A stretch of 64,000 bases of DNA from Candidatus Harrisonbacteria bacterium RIFCSPLOWO2_01_FULL_44_18 (lineage in GTDB: Bacteria; Patescibacteriota; Minisyncoccia; UBA6257; WO2-44-18): assembly GCA_001817915.1 (NCBI GenBank), contig MHJJ01000014.1:3695-67694 (forward strand), written 5' to 3'. This document shows positions 8,823 to 17,400 of the stretch, one piece after another. The notes beneath the pieces were generated by a model. That model was given only the letters and a program-made list of their open reading frames with translations, made no database searches and had not been told where the DNA came from. Both the position numbers and the translations under genes were made by a program. Position 1 is the stretch's first letter; each line of letters begins with the position of its first letter.

Positions 8823-9848
8823 ATGGATTTTAAAAATTTCGACATTACTTGGGGAGGCCTTTGGCGGGTCTTTTTTATGGTTCTTTTGGTTTGGGCTTTG
8901 TTTATGGCTCGCGACGTTGTCATAGTTTTATTGCTGGCCATAGTTATTTCTTCCGCCCTTGATCCAATCGTGACATTTTTGCAAAAAAAGAAGATCCCGA
9001 GAATTTTGGGAGCGCTGGCGATTTTTATTTTAGTAATTTTCATTCTGGCGTTAATTTTCTACACCATCATTCCAATCGCCCTTTTTGAATTCAATAATTT
9101 ATTGGGCAGTCTTAGCCAAAGAACGGATTCGGTTTTTGAATTCGTTAAAGCCCCCGAGATTTTAGCTACTATCAATACCAGCCTGGAGAGATTGACCGAT
9201 ATCTTGCTAAGCGGCAGCGCTTCCGTCGTTGATATCGCCAGTAAATTTTTGGGAGGATTGGTTTTGCTGATTTCTGTTTTTGTTCTTTCTTTTTATCTTA
9301 CGGTTGACAAAGACGGCGTAGAAAGATTTCTCATCGCGGTTTTGCCAACGGCCTCCGAGTCCAAATTTTTGGATATTTACGCGCAAACTAAAAAGAAAAT
9401 CGGCGATTGGCTGAAGGGGCAAATATTTTTGAGTCTAACTATGGGCGTCGTGGTATTCGCGGGCTTGAAATTGCTGGGCGTAAAGTACAGTTTAGTTTTG
9501 GCTATCTTGGCCGGCGTTTTAGAACTTATTCCGTACGTCGGCCCTATTTTTAGCGGCACGGTCGCGGTTTTGATCGGTTTGACCGATTCATTTGCTTTAG
9601 GTCTTTATGTTCTTTTATTATTCATTGTTATTCAGCAACTTGAAGGCCATGTTTTAGTGCCGGCGGTTACCCGTTTCACCACCAACCTTAATCCCGTCGT
9701 GGTGTTGGTTAGTTTGATGATCGGCGCGAAAATTTTCGGTTTTGTCGGAGTTATTTTAGCCGTGCCATTGGCAGTAATGGCGCAGGAATTTATTGAGGAG
9801 TTGTCTCAGTCAAAGCAGCGCCGCCGAGACTCAAAACTCATTAGATGA
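8823..9848 (+). CDS. AI-2E family transporter (PerM/YhhT-like)
   Basis: 341 aa, about 8 TM helices, C-terminal AVPLAVMAQEF block typical of the UPF0118/AI-2E family. Confidence 0.65.
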   Translation: MDFKNFDITWGGLWRVFFMVLLVWALFMARDVVIVLLLAIVISSALDPIVTFLQKKKIPRILGALAIFILVIFILALIFYTIIPIALFEFNNLLGSLSQRTDSVFEFVKAPEILATINTSLERLTDILLSGSASVVDIASKFLGGLVLLISVFVLSFYLTVDKDGVERFLIAVLPTASESKFLDIYAQTKKKIGDWLKGQIFLSLTMGVVVFAGLKLLGVKYSLVLAILAGVLELIPYVGPIFSGTVAVLIGLTDSFALGLYVLLLFIVIQQLEGHVLVPAVTRFTTNLNPVVVLVSLMIGAKIFGFVGVILAVPLAVMAQEFIEELSQSKQRRRDSKLIR

Positions 9849-11344
9849 AAAAGTTTTATATTACCACTTCCATTGTTTATGTAAACGCGCCTCCGCATGT
9901 CGGTTTCGCGTTAGAATCCATTCAGGCGGATGTGTTAGCTCGGTATCATCGCCAAAAAGGCGATGAGGTTTTTTTTCTGACCGGCGCGGACGAGCATGGC
10001 GCTAAAATTGCGAGAGCCGCCGAGGCAGTCGGTAAAGATTTTCAGTTATTTGTTGACGAAATTGCCGCGAAAGTTAAAAAACTTAAAGACGTCCTGAATT
10101 TATCCTGGGACGATTTTATAAGGACCACTGATAAAAAACGCCATTGGCCCGGCGCTCAAAAATTATGGCGCGACATGGCCGCGGCCGGAGATCTTTATCG
10201 TAGAAAATATCGCGGCCTATATTGCGTTGGACACGAGGCGTTTGTTACCGAAAAAGATTTAATTGACGGCAAATGCCGAGATCATCAGAAGGAGCCGGAA
10301 GTTATTGAAGAGGAAAACTGGTTTTTTCGGTTATCAAAATATCAAAAGAAAATAGAATCAAGCATCAAGAAAAATAAATTAAGAATAATTCCGGAAGGGC
10401 GAAGAACGGAGGTTTTGTCTTTCATTAAAGAAGGCTTGGAGGATGTCAGCTTTTCTCGGCCGCGAAAAGATTTGTCTTGGGGTATCTCCGTGCCGGATGA
10501 CGAAACTAGCACGATGTATGTTTGGTGCGACGCTTTGGCGAATTATATTTCCGCCATCGGCTATGGCCAACAAAAAAGTTCTCCGCCGAAGGCGGATCCG
10601 CCTCAGGCGGAAAAGTTCACGAAATGGTGGCCTGCCGACATTCATTTAATTGGAAAAGATATTTTAAGATTTCACGCTTTGCTTTGGCCGGCGATGCTTC
10701 TTTCGGCAAAATTGCCGCTTCCTAAAAATATCTTTGTTCATGGGCATTTAACCGTTGATGGGCAAAAAATGTCCAAGAGCGTCGGCAATGTAGTAGATCC
10801 ATTTGAATTAGTCGCGAAGTATGGCATTGATCCGGCGCGCTATTATCTTTTGCGTGAGATTCCCAGCGGAGAAGACGGCGATTTTAGCTATAAAAAGCTT
10901 AAAGAAAGATACAACGGCGATTTAGCTAATGGCCTTGGGAATTTTGCCGCGCGCGTTTTAACTTTGGCGGAGAAATTGGGGGAGATAAAAGTTGATTTAA
11001 AAAGCGATGTTGATAAAGCAGTGGCTAAAAAAATCAAGGCGGTTCAAAAGAAAGTTGATGAAAAAATCACCGAATTCAAACTGCACGAGGCTTTAGCGGA
11101 AATTTGGGATTTGATCGCTTTTGGGGATAAATATGTTAATGAGAAAAAACCGTGGAACGCGTCGCTTAGCGTGAATGAAAAAGCGCGAACCATTTTTAAT
11201 TTAATCGCGATCTTGGATAATGTGGCGGCAATGCTATCGCCGTTTTTGCCGGAAACTTCTAAAAAAATTACCGAGAGCATTCATTGGTTATCAAAAAATA
11301 CTTTGAAAATTAAAAAATCCGCGATGCTTTTTCCGCGGATTTAA
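9845..11344 (+). CDS. metG: methionine--tRNA ligase (short form)
   Basis: HIGH-like PHVGFA and KMSKS (GQKMSKSVGNVVDP) motifs. N-terminal TSIVYVNAPPHVG block. Confidence 0.9.
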   Translation: MKKFYITTSIVYVNAPPHVGFALESIQADVLARYHRQKGDEVFFLTGADEHGAKIARAAEAVGKDFQLFVDEIAAKVKKLKDVLNLSWDDFIRTTDKKRHWPGAQKLWRDMAAAGDLYRRKYRGLYCVGHEAFVTEKDLIDGKCRDHQKEPEVIEEENWFFRLSKYQKKIESSIKKNKLRIIPEGRRTEVLSFIKEGLEDVSFSRPRKDLSWGISVPDDETSTMYVWCDALANYISAIGYGQQKSSPPKADPPQAEKFTKWWPADIHLIGKDILRFHALLWPAMLLSAKLPLPKNIFVHGHLTVDGQKMSKSVGNVVDPFELVAKYGIDPARYYLLREIPSGEDGDFSYKKLKERYNGDLANGLGNFAARVLTLAEKLGEIKVDLKSDVDKAVAKKIKAVQKKVDEKITEFKLHEALAEIWDLIAFGDKYVNEKKPWNASLSVNEKARTIFNLIAILDNVAAMLSPFLPETSKKITESIHWLSKNTLKIKKSAMLFPRI

Positions 11345-11345
11345 T

Positions 11346-11370
11346 CTATTGCTTCCGGGAAGCAATAGAT
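11346..11370. terminator. bidirectional terminator hairpin between convergent metG and the HAD gene
   Basis: ctattgcttccgggaagcaatag perfect hairpin. A second hairpin, aatccgcg...cgcggatt, overlaps the metG 3' end. Confidence 0.45.
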
Positions 11371-11374
11371 GGAA

Positions 11375-12031
11375 TCATTCTTCGCCGTTTTTAATAATTT
11401 CAATCAATTCCTCCAGCGAATCAATGATAAAGTCCGGATTGGCGGACATGATGTGCTGTTTTGAATTATATCCCCACGTGCAGCCGACGGTTACAATGCC
11501 TACTTTTTTAGCCGCCAGCATTCCATCAAAGGTGTCATCGGCATAAAAAGAATTTCCAGCCTCAACTTTGAAAAATTCCAATGTTTCTCTTAGGGCGTTT
11601 TCTTTCGGCCAGGCTCCGCCGCGCACGCGGTCAATCAAAGGCAGTAATTTTAATTCAGTTAATCTGCTATTAAGAATCGCGGGCACTTCAGCGCTTACTA
11701 TCGCGGTCAGTATTCGAAGATTTTTGCATTCTAATAACACTTTTTCCGCCGCATCATTTAGAACTGCCCCCTGCCAATGTTGCAGGAAAAATCGTTTTCT
11801 GATTTCATTTAACTTATCATGCGTGATTTCGGGCGGGATGCCGTATTTTCTGTAAAATTCAATGAAATTAGCGCTGATCTCGTCTCTGTAAGTTTCTTCC
11901 GGAGGCGGCGGTAAACTAAACCTTCTAAAAATTTCAACTGCCGAGTTGTAGCTTAGAGTAAAGCTATCAAACAGCGTCCCGTCCCAATCAAACATCGCCA
12001 ATCGCAAGTCAGTTAGTCGCGGATGAGTCAC
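11375..12031 (-). CDS. HAD-superfamily hydrolase (phosphatase)
   Basis: N-terminal DxDGT motif (MFDWDGTLFDS) and C-terminal ADDTFDGMLAAKKVG block. Confidence 0.8.
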   Translation of the reverse strand: MTHPRLTDLRLAMFDWDGTLFDSFTLSYNSAVEIFRRFSLPPPPEETYRDEISANFIEFYRKYGIPPEITHDKLNEIRKRFFLQHWQGAVLNDAAEKVLLECKNLRILTAIVSAEVPAILNSRLTELKLLPLIDRVRGGAWPKENALRETLEFFKVEAGNSFYADDTFDGMLAAKKVGIVTVGCTWGYNSKQHIMSANPDFIIDSLEELIEIIKNGEE

Positions 12032-12129
12032 CGGTTTTTCTCCTCGCAGTTTTTGAGTTAGTTCTCAAAGAGCTTTAACACATTATCAGTTAATGACTTA
12101 AGCGTCAATTTGCTATATTCTAAAATCTT

Positions 12130-13155
12130 ATGATACTTATTGATTCTCATACCCATATCCAATTTCCGGTTTATGATAATGATCGGGAGGCGGTTATTGA
12201 ACGCGCGAGAAACGCGGGGGTTTACCCCCACACCAAACGAGCATTGGCGTTAGAAGAAAATGATGCTCGTTATGGTGTGGGGGTAAAAATGATTTGCGTC
12301 GGCACTCAAGCATCAACTTCTGAATCGGCAATTAAGCTCGCGGAAAAATATCCAGAGGATGTTTGGGCGACAATCGGCTACCATCCCAATCATGTTGTGC
12401 CAGCGCAACATGCGCAGACTTTGCGGACTGGACGCAGACTTGCGCAGACAAATTGGTATCATGATCAGAAGGAGCAGAAATCGGCAAATCCGCCGCGATT
12501 TAATATTGAAGAACTGCGCAGGCTTGCTCAGCATCCGAAAGTCGTGGCGATCGGGGAGTGCGGTTTGGATTACTACCGACTAGCCGCTAGCGATTTGCCA
12601 CTAGCCACTAGGGTTAAAGAAAAACAGAAAGAAATTTTTTTGCAGCAAGTCGAACTTGCGCAGGAATTAAATAAAGCATTGATGATCCATTGCCGGCCAT
12701 CCAAAGGCACCAACGACGCCTACGAAGATTTGCTGAAGATTTTACAGGAGATTAAATTTTCTCAGAATGTAATTATTCATTTTTATGTTGGTTCTGTTGA
12801 AATGGCACGAAAATTTTTAGATGCCGGATTTTACCCCCACACCAAACGAGCATTATCGGGGGGCGTCAATGGCGCGAATGCTCGTTATGGTGCGGGGGTT
12901 TATTTTACCTTCGGTGGCGTGATTACATTTTCACGCGACTATGACGAAATTATAAAATACATTCCTCTGGATCGAATTCTTCTGGAAACCGACGCGCCCT
13001 ATGTCGCGCCGGAACCGTATCGCGGCCGCCGCAACGAACCGGCATACATCGTGGAAACCGCTAAAAAACTAGCGGAAGTTAAAAATGTAAGCTTTGAAAA
13101 AGTGGCTGAAATAACTACCAAAACTGCTGGACAGATTTTTAAGTTGCCATTATAA
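12130..13155 (+). CDS. tatD: TatD-family metal-dependent DNase with in-frame repeat insertions
   Basis: Begins LIDSHTHI and carries the GECGLDYY and ETDAPY motifs. It is about 80 aa longer than typical TatD because of three in-frame repeat insertions. Confidence 0.8.
   Translation: MILIDSHTHIQFPVYDNDREAVIERARNAGVYPHTKRALALEENDARYGVGVKMICVGTQASTSESAIKLAEKYPEDVWATIGYHPNHVVPAQHAQTLRTGRRLAQTNWYHDQKEQKSANPPRFNIEELRRLAQHPKVVAIGECGLDYYRLAASDLPLATRVKEKQKEIFLQQVELAQELNKALMIHCRPSKGTNDAYEDLLKILQEIKFSQNVIIHFYVGSVEMARKFLDAGFYPHTKRALSGGVNGANARYGAGVYFTFGGVITFSRDYDEIIKYIPLDRILLETDAPYVAPEPYRGRRNEPAYIVETAKKLAEVKNVSFEKVAEITTKTAGQIFKLPL
12221..12287. mobile_element. palindromic miniature element (CCCCACACCAAACGAG family), copy 1, inside tatD in-frame
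   Basis: TIRs tttacccccacaccaaacgagcat / atgctcgttatggtgtgggggtaaa. No stop codon; translated as VYPHTKRALALEENDARYGVGVK. Confidence 0.7.
12829..12906. mobile_element. palindromic miniature element, copy 2, inside tatD in-frame
   Basis: ttttacccccacaccaaacgagcat...atgctcgttatggtgcgggggtttatttt; translated as FYPHTKRALSGGVNGANARYGAGVYF. Confidence 0.7.
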
Positions 13156-13182
13156 TCATAATTGGCTTTTTGAGAGGAGAAT

Positions 13183-13575
13183 ATGCGAAAGTACGCCGCA
13201 TTGTTGATGATGGTATCAGCGTTGGGGTTTGGTATTTTGGCATTGTTATCTTTGGCTGGCATCGCGTTATGCGTCACTAAAGGATTGCCAAGAGAGAGTT
13301 TATGGTTCGCGTTGGCTGCATATTTCCCGATATCCGTAGGCGGATTCTTTGTCGTTTTGTTTTTTATATTTATCCTGGCTATGGAAAGCAATGATAATGT
13401 TCTTTTCGGCGCGGCGATTTTTTTAGGCTCTGTTTTTAGCATGTGCGTGACAGTAATTGCTACTGTCTCTGGCGTCCCGATGTTATTATTACCTGCCGCT
13501 ATTGGATGGGGATACGCCGTTGTAACTGTAATAACAGTCATGATACGGCGAAAACATAAAACAAAAGGGAATTAA
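13183..13575 (+). CDS. hypothetical small membrane protein (4 TM)
   Basis: 130-aa hydrophobic ORF with an SD (GAGAGGAG) upstream. Confidence 0.5.
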   Translation: MRKYAALLMMVSALGFGILALLSLAGIALCVTKGLPRESLWFALAAYFPISVGGFFVVLFFIFILAMESNDNVLFGAAIFLGSVFSMCVTVIATVSGVPMLLLPAAIGWGYAVVTVITVMIRRKHKTKGN

Positions 13576-13792
13576 GCGACGCGCTGCGCTTCATTAAAAG
13601 AGAATTAAAAGAAGCCAAGGGCCGATAAAAATCGGCCTTTTGTTTTACCTTTCAATAATGTAAATTATTGAAAGGTAAAACATTTTTAAAAGATCGTTGA
13701 AAAAAAGCTTGAGATTAATTACTGCGCAACAAATAACACAACAAACAACATCCTTACAAACTTGAGAATGTAAGGATGTTGTGTGGTAAGTG

Positions 13793-13962
13793 CGGTAAGC
13801 TCTGAATTACGAAACTCAGTTTTCCGTCATTGCGAGGAGGCTTTGCGACGCGGCAATCATACGTTGCTATCTGTATAAATGAATAAATAATAAAGTAAGA
13901 TTGCTTCGCGAATCCTCGCAATGACGATAGTTTGATAGTTTCGTAATTCAGAGCGGTAAGCG
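13793..13962. mobile_element. MITE-like element with 17-bp TIRs and 8-bp target-site duplication
   Basis: TIR ctctgaattacgaaact / agtttcgtaattcagag. Direct repeat cggtaagc on both flanks. Inner inverted repeat cgtcattgcgagg/cctcgcaatgacg. Confidence 0.6.
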
Positions 13963-13983
13963 TGTTGTGCCAAAAAATTTGCT

Positions 13984-14010
13984 TGACAAATTTTATAGGT
14001 TTGCTATTAT
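13984..14010 (+). promoter_or_regulatory. sigma70-like promoter (TTGACAAATT...TATTAT)
   Basis: gcTTGACAAATTttataggtttgcTATTAT immediately upstream of the 14062 CDS. Shares the extended box with the 2960 and 22190 promoters. Confidence 0.45.
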
Positions 14011-14061
14011 ATGGGAAGTTCGTTGATTGCTTTTCGAGGGCCATTTTCAGAAGGAGGAGCG

Positions 14062-14652
14062 ATGGAAGCGATGAGTAAGAACCATTGCTGTCTTTGTCAT
14101 AGTAATCCCGCCGAGGGTTTTTGCGTCTGTGATTGCAAGGAGCTGGCGAAGAACGCGCAGGCTGCGCCGGTTGCTTCGCCTGCGAATGCCGTTGCGGTTA
14201 TGCCCGATTTTCGGTTCAGCGTTCTTGAGCAAGCGCTTTTCCCGGTAATTGGTCTTTGGAATATTTTGGTGGGTTTAGTGAGAGGGATTTCCATAGCCTT
14301 GGGGTGTGCGGTAGTTTTGGGTTTGTGTACTTGGGTAATGCCAACTGCCGCGCGTAAGGGTTGTGTCGTTGACCACGCTAGTGCCAGCACGGACTGGAGT
14401 GCCATTTTTTTGGTTGGTTTATTGTTTTATCCGCTCTTTATTGTACTGGTTGTGTTCTTGGTTTTGTCTATTGGCGCGGCAATCGTGAGCGGTGATTGGG
14501 CTGGTTCAACGAAATGGGAGCAAAGCTACGACTATCTATTTAGCTACATTCAGCCCTTTTTAATTCCTCTTGCCGTTACCAACGCCTTGAGTCTCCTCTA
14601 CGAAATCGGCCGCACTAAGAGGAAGTTCGCTCAAGCGCCGATCAAGGTCTAA
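14062..14652 (+). CDS. hypothetical membrane protein with Cys-rich N-terminus
   Basis: Start set at the ATG preceded by the AAGGAGGA SD. N-terminal CCLCHSNP...CVCDC followed by 4 TM helices. Confidence 0.5.
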   Translation: MEAMSKNHCCLCHSNPAEGFCVCDCKELAKNAQAAPVASPANAVAVMPDFRFSVLEQALFPVIGLWNILVGLVRGISIALGCAVVLGLCTWVMPTAARKGCVVDHASASTDWSAIFLVGLLFYPLFIVLVVFLVLSIGAAIVSGDWAGSTKWEQSYDYLFSYIQPFLIPLAVTNALSLLYEIGRTKRKFAQAPIKV

Positions 14653-14671
14653 AGCGCCTAAAGCAAATACA

Positions 14672-14695
14672 CCCCGATGAGATGTCGGGGTTTTT
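14672..14695 (+). terminator. rho-independent terminator
   Basis: ccccgatgagatgtcgggg hairpin followed by TTTTT. Confidence 0.6.
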
Positions 14696-14703
14696 GATTT
14701 CTT

Positions 14704-14811
14704 GATTTCGGGAATCGATAGATACTTCTATCGATTCCCGAAATCGCCAAGTTAATTCAAATCCAAAAAGCCGATTCCCGAAATCACGCCGAACTATTGA
14801 TTTCGGGAATC
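14704..14811. promoter_or_regulatory. cluster of GATTCCCGAAATC palindromes (putative operator/repeat) upstream of leuS
   Basis: Perfect 42-bp palindrome gatttcgggaatcgatagatacttctatcgattcccgaaatc, plus a second pair at 14773-14811 overlapping the candidate -35/-10 (TATAAT at 14821-26) of leuS. The same 13-mer recurs at 37547-37599 upstream of the pilin gene. Confidence 0.5.
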
Positions 14812-14832
14812 ATAAAAGCCTATAATTTCTAT

Positions 14833-17385
14833 ATGCTGAAGTATAATTTTCGTAAAATAGAAAAAAAGTGGCAAGCCGTCTGGAAGCGCAATAAGTATAA
14901 GGTCTGGCGCGCCGCGGATTTTTCTAAAAATCAAAACCCAAAAGCTAAAAGCTATGTATTGGATATGTTTCCCTATCCCTCCGGCGAAGGACTGCATGTC
15001 GGCCATGTTGAGGGTTATACCGCTTCGGATATCTACGCGCGTTTTTTAAGAATGAACGGCCGTAATGTTTTGCATCCGATGGGATGGGACGCCTTTGGTT
15101 TACCTGCGGAAAATTACGCGATTAAGACAAAAACTCATCCCAGCTTGGTGGTAAAAAAGAATGTAAGGCGATTTAAAGCCCAATTAGACAGCTTGGGATT
15201 CAGCTACGATTGGCAAAGAGAAATTAATACCACCGACCCCGGATATTATAAATGGACGCAGTGGATTTTTCTGCAGATGTTCAAAAACGGCCTTGCTTAT
15301 GAAGCAGAGATGCCGGTTAATTGGTGTCCCTCTTGTAAAACCGTATTAGCCAATGAAGAGGTGATTGACGGCCATTGCGAACGTTGTGACAGCCTCGCAG
15401 AAAGAAAAAGTTTGAAACAATGGATTTTAAAAATTACCGATTACGCCGAGCGTCTGCTGAAGGATCTAGACGGGTTGGATTGGCCGGAGCGAGTAAAAGA
15501 AATGCAAAGAAATTGGATTGGCCGGTCAGAGGGGGTGATCATTAAGTTTCAAGTTTCAAGTTTAAAGTTTCCAATCGAAGTTTTTACGACTCGGCCGGAT
15601 ACTTTGGCCGGCGCCACTTATCTGGTTTTAGCGCCGGAACATCCGCTTATCAAAGACTTACAGCGCAAAATTAGGAATCCTAACGAGGTGACGCGTTATG
15701 TTGAGCAGGCGAGCCATAAATCAGAGCGCGAGCGACTGGCGGAAGTAAAAGAGAAAACCGGAGTCGAGCTTAAGGGCATTAAAGCCGTTAATCCTTTGAC
15801 CAACGAACAAATTCCGATTTGGGTCGCTGATTATGTTTTGGTCCATTATGGCACGGGCGCGATTATGGCAGTGCCGGCCCATGATCAAAGAGACTTTGAA
15901 TTTGCTCAGAAATTTGAGTTGCCGATAAAGATTGTTATTTGCCCGAATTATCCGGAACCCGTTTGCCCGATTTTAGAAAAAGCTTATGAAGGCGATGGAT
16001 ATTTGGTTGGTTCGGGCGAATTTGACGGCCTGCCTAATAACGAAGCTAAAAAAACGATTCTTGAATCGTTGATAAAAAAAGACTTGGCGAAAAAGACTGT
16101 TAATTACAAATTGCGGGATTGGGTTTTTTCCCGTCAGCGTTATTGGGGCGAGCCGATACCTTTGGTTTTTTGTAAAAATTGTAAAAAACAAGTGGAGAAT
16201 TTTAAATCTCAAAACCAAAATTATTCTTTTGATAAATTTAGTTTGGGAGAATTGTTAAATCCCGGTTGGACGGTCATTCCTGATTCAGAATTACCGGTCA
16301 AGTTGCCCAATGTTAAAAATTATCAGCCAACCGGCAAGGCCGAGTCGCCTTTGGCTGGCATTGAAAAATGGACCAAGACGAGTTGTCCCAGATGCGGCGG
16401 GTTAGCTACGCGAGAAACTAATACTATGCCGCAATGGGCGGGGTCTAATTGGTATTATTTGCGATATTTAGATCCCAAGAATAAAGAAGAATTAGTTGAT
16501 CACGACAAAGAAAAATACTGGATGGGAGTGGACTTATACATCGGTGGCGTAGAGCACGCGGTGTTGCATTTGTTGTACGCCCGCTTTTGGCATAAGTTTT
16601 TGTATGATATCGGCATAGTTTCCACCAAAGAACCTTTTGGCAAATTAATTAATCAAGGTTTAATTTTGGGGCCGGATGGCCAGAAAATGTCAAAATCGCG
16701 CGGCAATGTGGCAAATCCCGACGAAATAGTTTCTAAATTTGGCGCGGATTCTTTGCGGCTTTATGAAATGTTTATGGGGCCGTTGGAGGAGGCAAAACCG
16801 TGGGATTCCCGCGGGATCGTGGGAATGCACCGTTTTTTACAAAGAACGTGGAAGTTATTCACGAAACCGGGAATTGAAAAAAATCCGCGTAAATCTGCTT
16901 CTACCGACGCAGAATCCGCGTCAATCCGCGTAGCGAAGCTGTTACACAAAACTATCAAGAAAGTTACCGAAGATGTCAAAAATTTCCGGTTTAATACCGC
17001 TATCAGCGCGCTGATGATTTTAGTTAACGAAATGGAAAAGAATCCTCAATTACTAATTACTAATTACCAATTACTAATAAAATTGTTGTTTCCTTTCGCG
17101 CCGCATTTAGCTCAAGAACTTTGGCAAAAACTAGGAAATAAGAGTTTATTGGATTACGAGCCTTGGCCGGTCTGGGATGAAAAATTAATCCAAGAAGAAG
17201 AGTTTGAGTTAATTATTCAAATCAACGGCAAAATGCGGGGTAAAATTATGACTCAAAAGGGAATTGTCGAAGAAGACGCGAAAAAACTTGCATTCAGCCA
17301 AAATGTTATTAAGAAATGGATCGGCGGCAAAAAAATCAAAAAAACTATTTTCGTGAAAGATAGGTTGATAAATTTTATTGTTTGA
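14833..17385 (+). CDS. leuS: leucine--tRNA ligase
   Basis: HVGH motif (PYPSGEGLHVGHVEGY) and KMSKS (QKMSKSRGNV). Start set at the ATG at 14833, directly after a TATAAT, so the mRNA may be leaderless. Carries several in-frame repeats. Confidence 0.9.
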   Translation: MLKYNFRKIEKKWQAVWKRNKYKVWRAADFSKNQNPKAKSYVLDMFPYPSGEGLHVGHVEGYTASDIYARFLRMNGRNVLHPMGWDAFGLPAENYAIKTKTHPSLVVKKNVRRFKAQLDSLGFSYDWQREINTTDPGYYKWTQWIFLQMFKNGLAYEAEMPVNWCPSCKTVLANEEVIDGHCERCDSLAERKSLKQWILKITDYAERLLKDLDGLDWPERVKEMQRNWIGRSEGVIIKFQVSSLKFPIEVFTTRPDTLAGATYLVLAPEHPLIKDLQRKIRNPNEVTRYVEQASHKSERERLAEVKEKTGVELKGIKAVNPLTNEQIPIWVADYVLVHYGTGAIMAVPAHDQRDFEFAQKFELPIKIVICPNYPEPVCPILEKAYEGDGYLVGSGEFDGLPNNEAKKTILESLIKKDLAKKTVNYKLRDWVFSRQRYWGEPIPLVFCKNCKKQVENFKSQNQNYSFDKFSLGELLNPGWTVIPDSELPVKLPNVKNYQPTGKAESPLAGIEKWTKTSCPRCGGLATRETNTMPQWAGSNWYYLRYLDPKNKEELVDHDKEKYWMGVDLYIGGVEHAVLHLLYARFWHKFLYDIGIVSTKEPFGKLINQGLILGPDGQKMSKSRGNVANPDEIVSKFGADSLRLYEMFMGPLEEAKPWDSRGIVGMHRFLQRTWKLFTKPGIEKNPRKSASTDAESASIRVAKLLHKTIKKVTEDVKNFRFNTAISALMILVNEMEKNPQLLITNYQLLIKLLFPFAPHLAQELWQKLGNKSLLDYEPWPVWDEKLIQEEEFELIIQINGKMRGKIMTQKGIVEEDAKKLAFSQNVIKKWIGGKKIKKTIFVKDRLINFIV

Positions 17386-17400
17386 AGATAAGATGAGAGC

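Noticed and set aside
13754-14044. 96-aa minus-strand ORF
   Set aside because: It spans the TIR/TSD MITE and the promoter region, with no SD.
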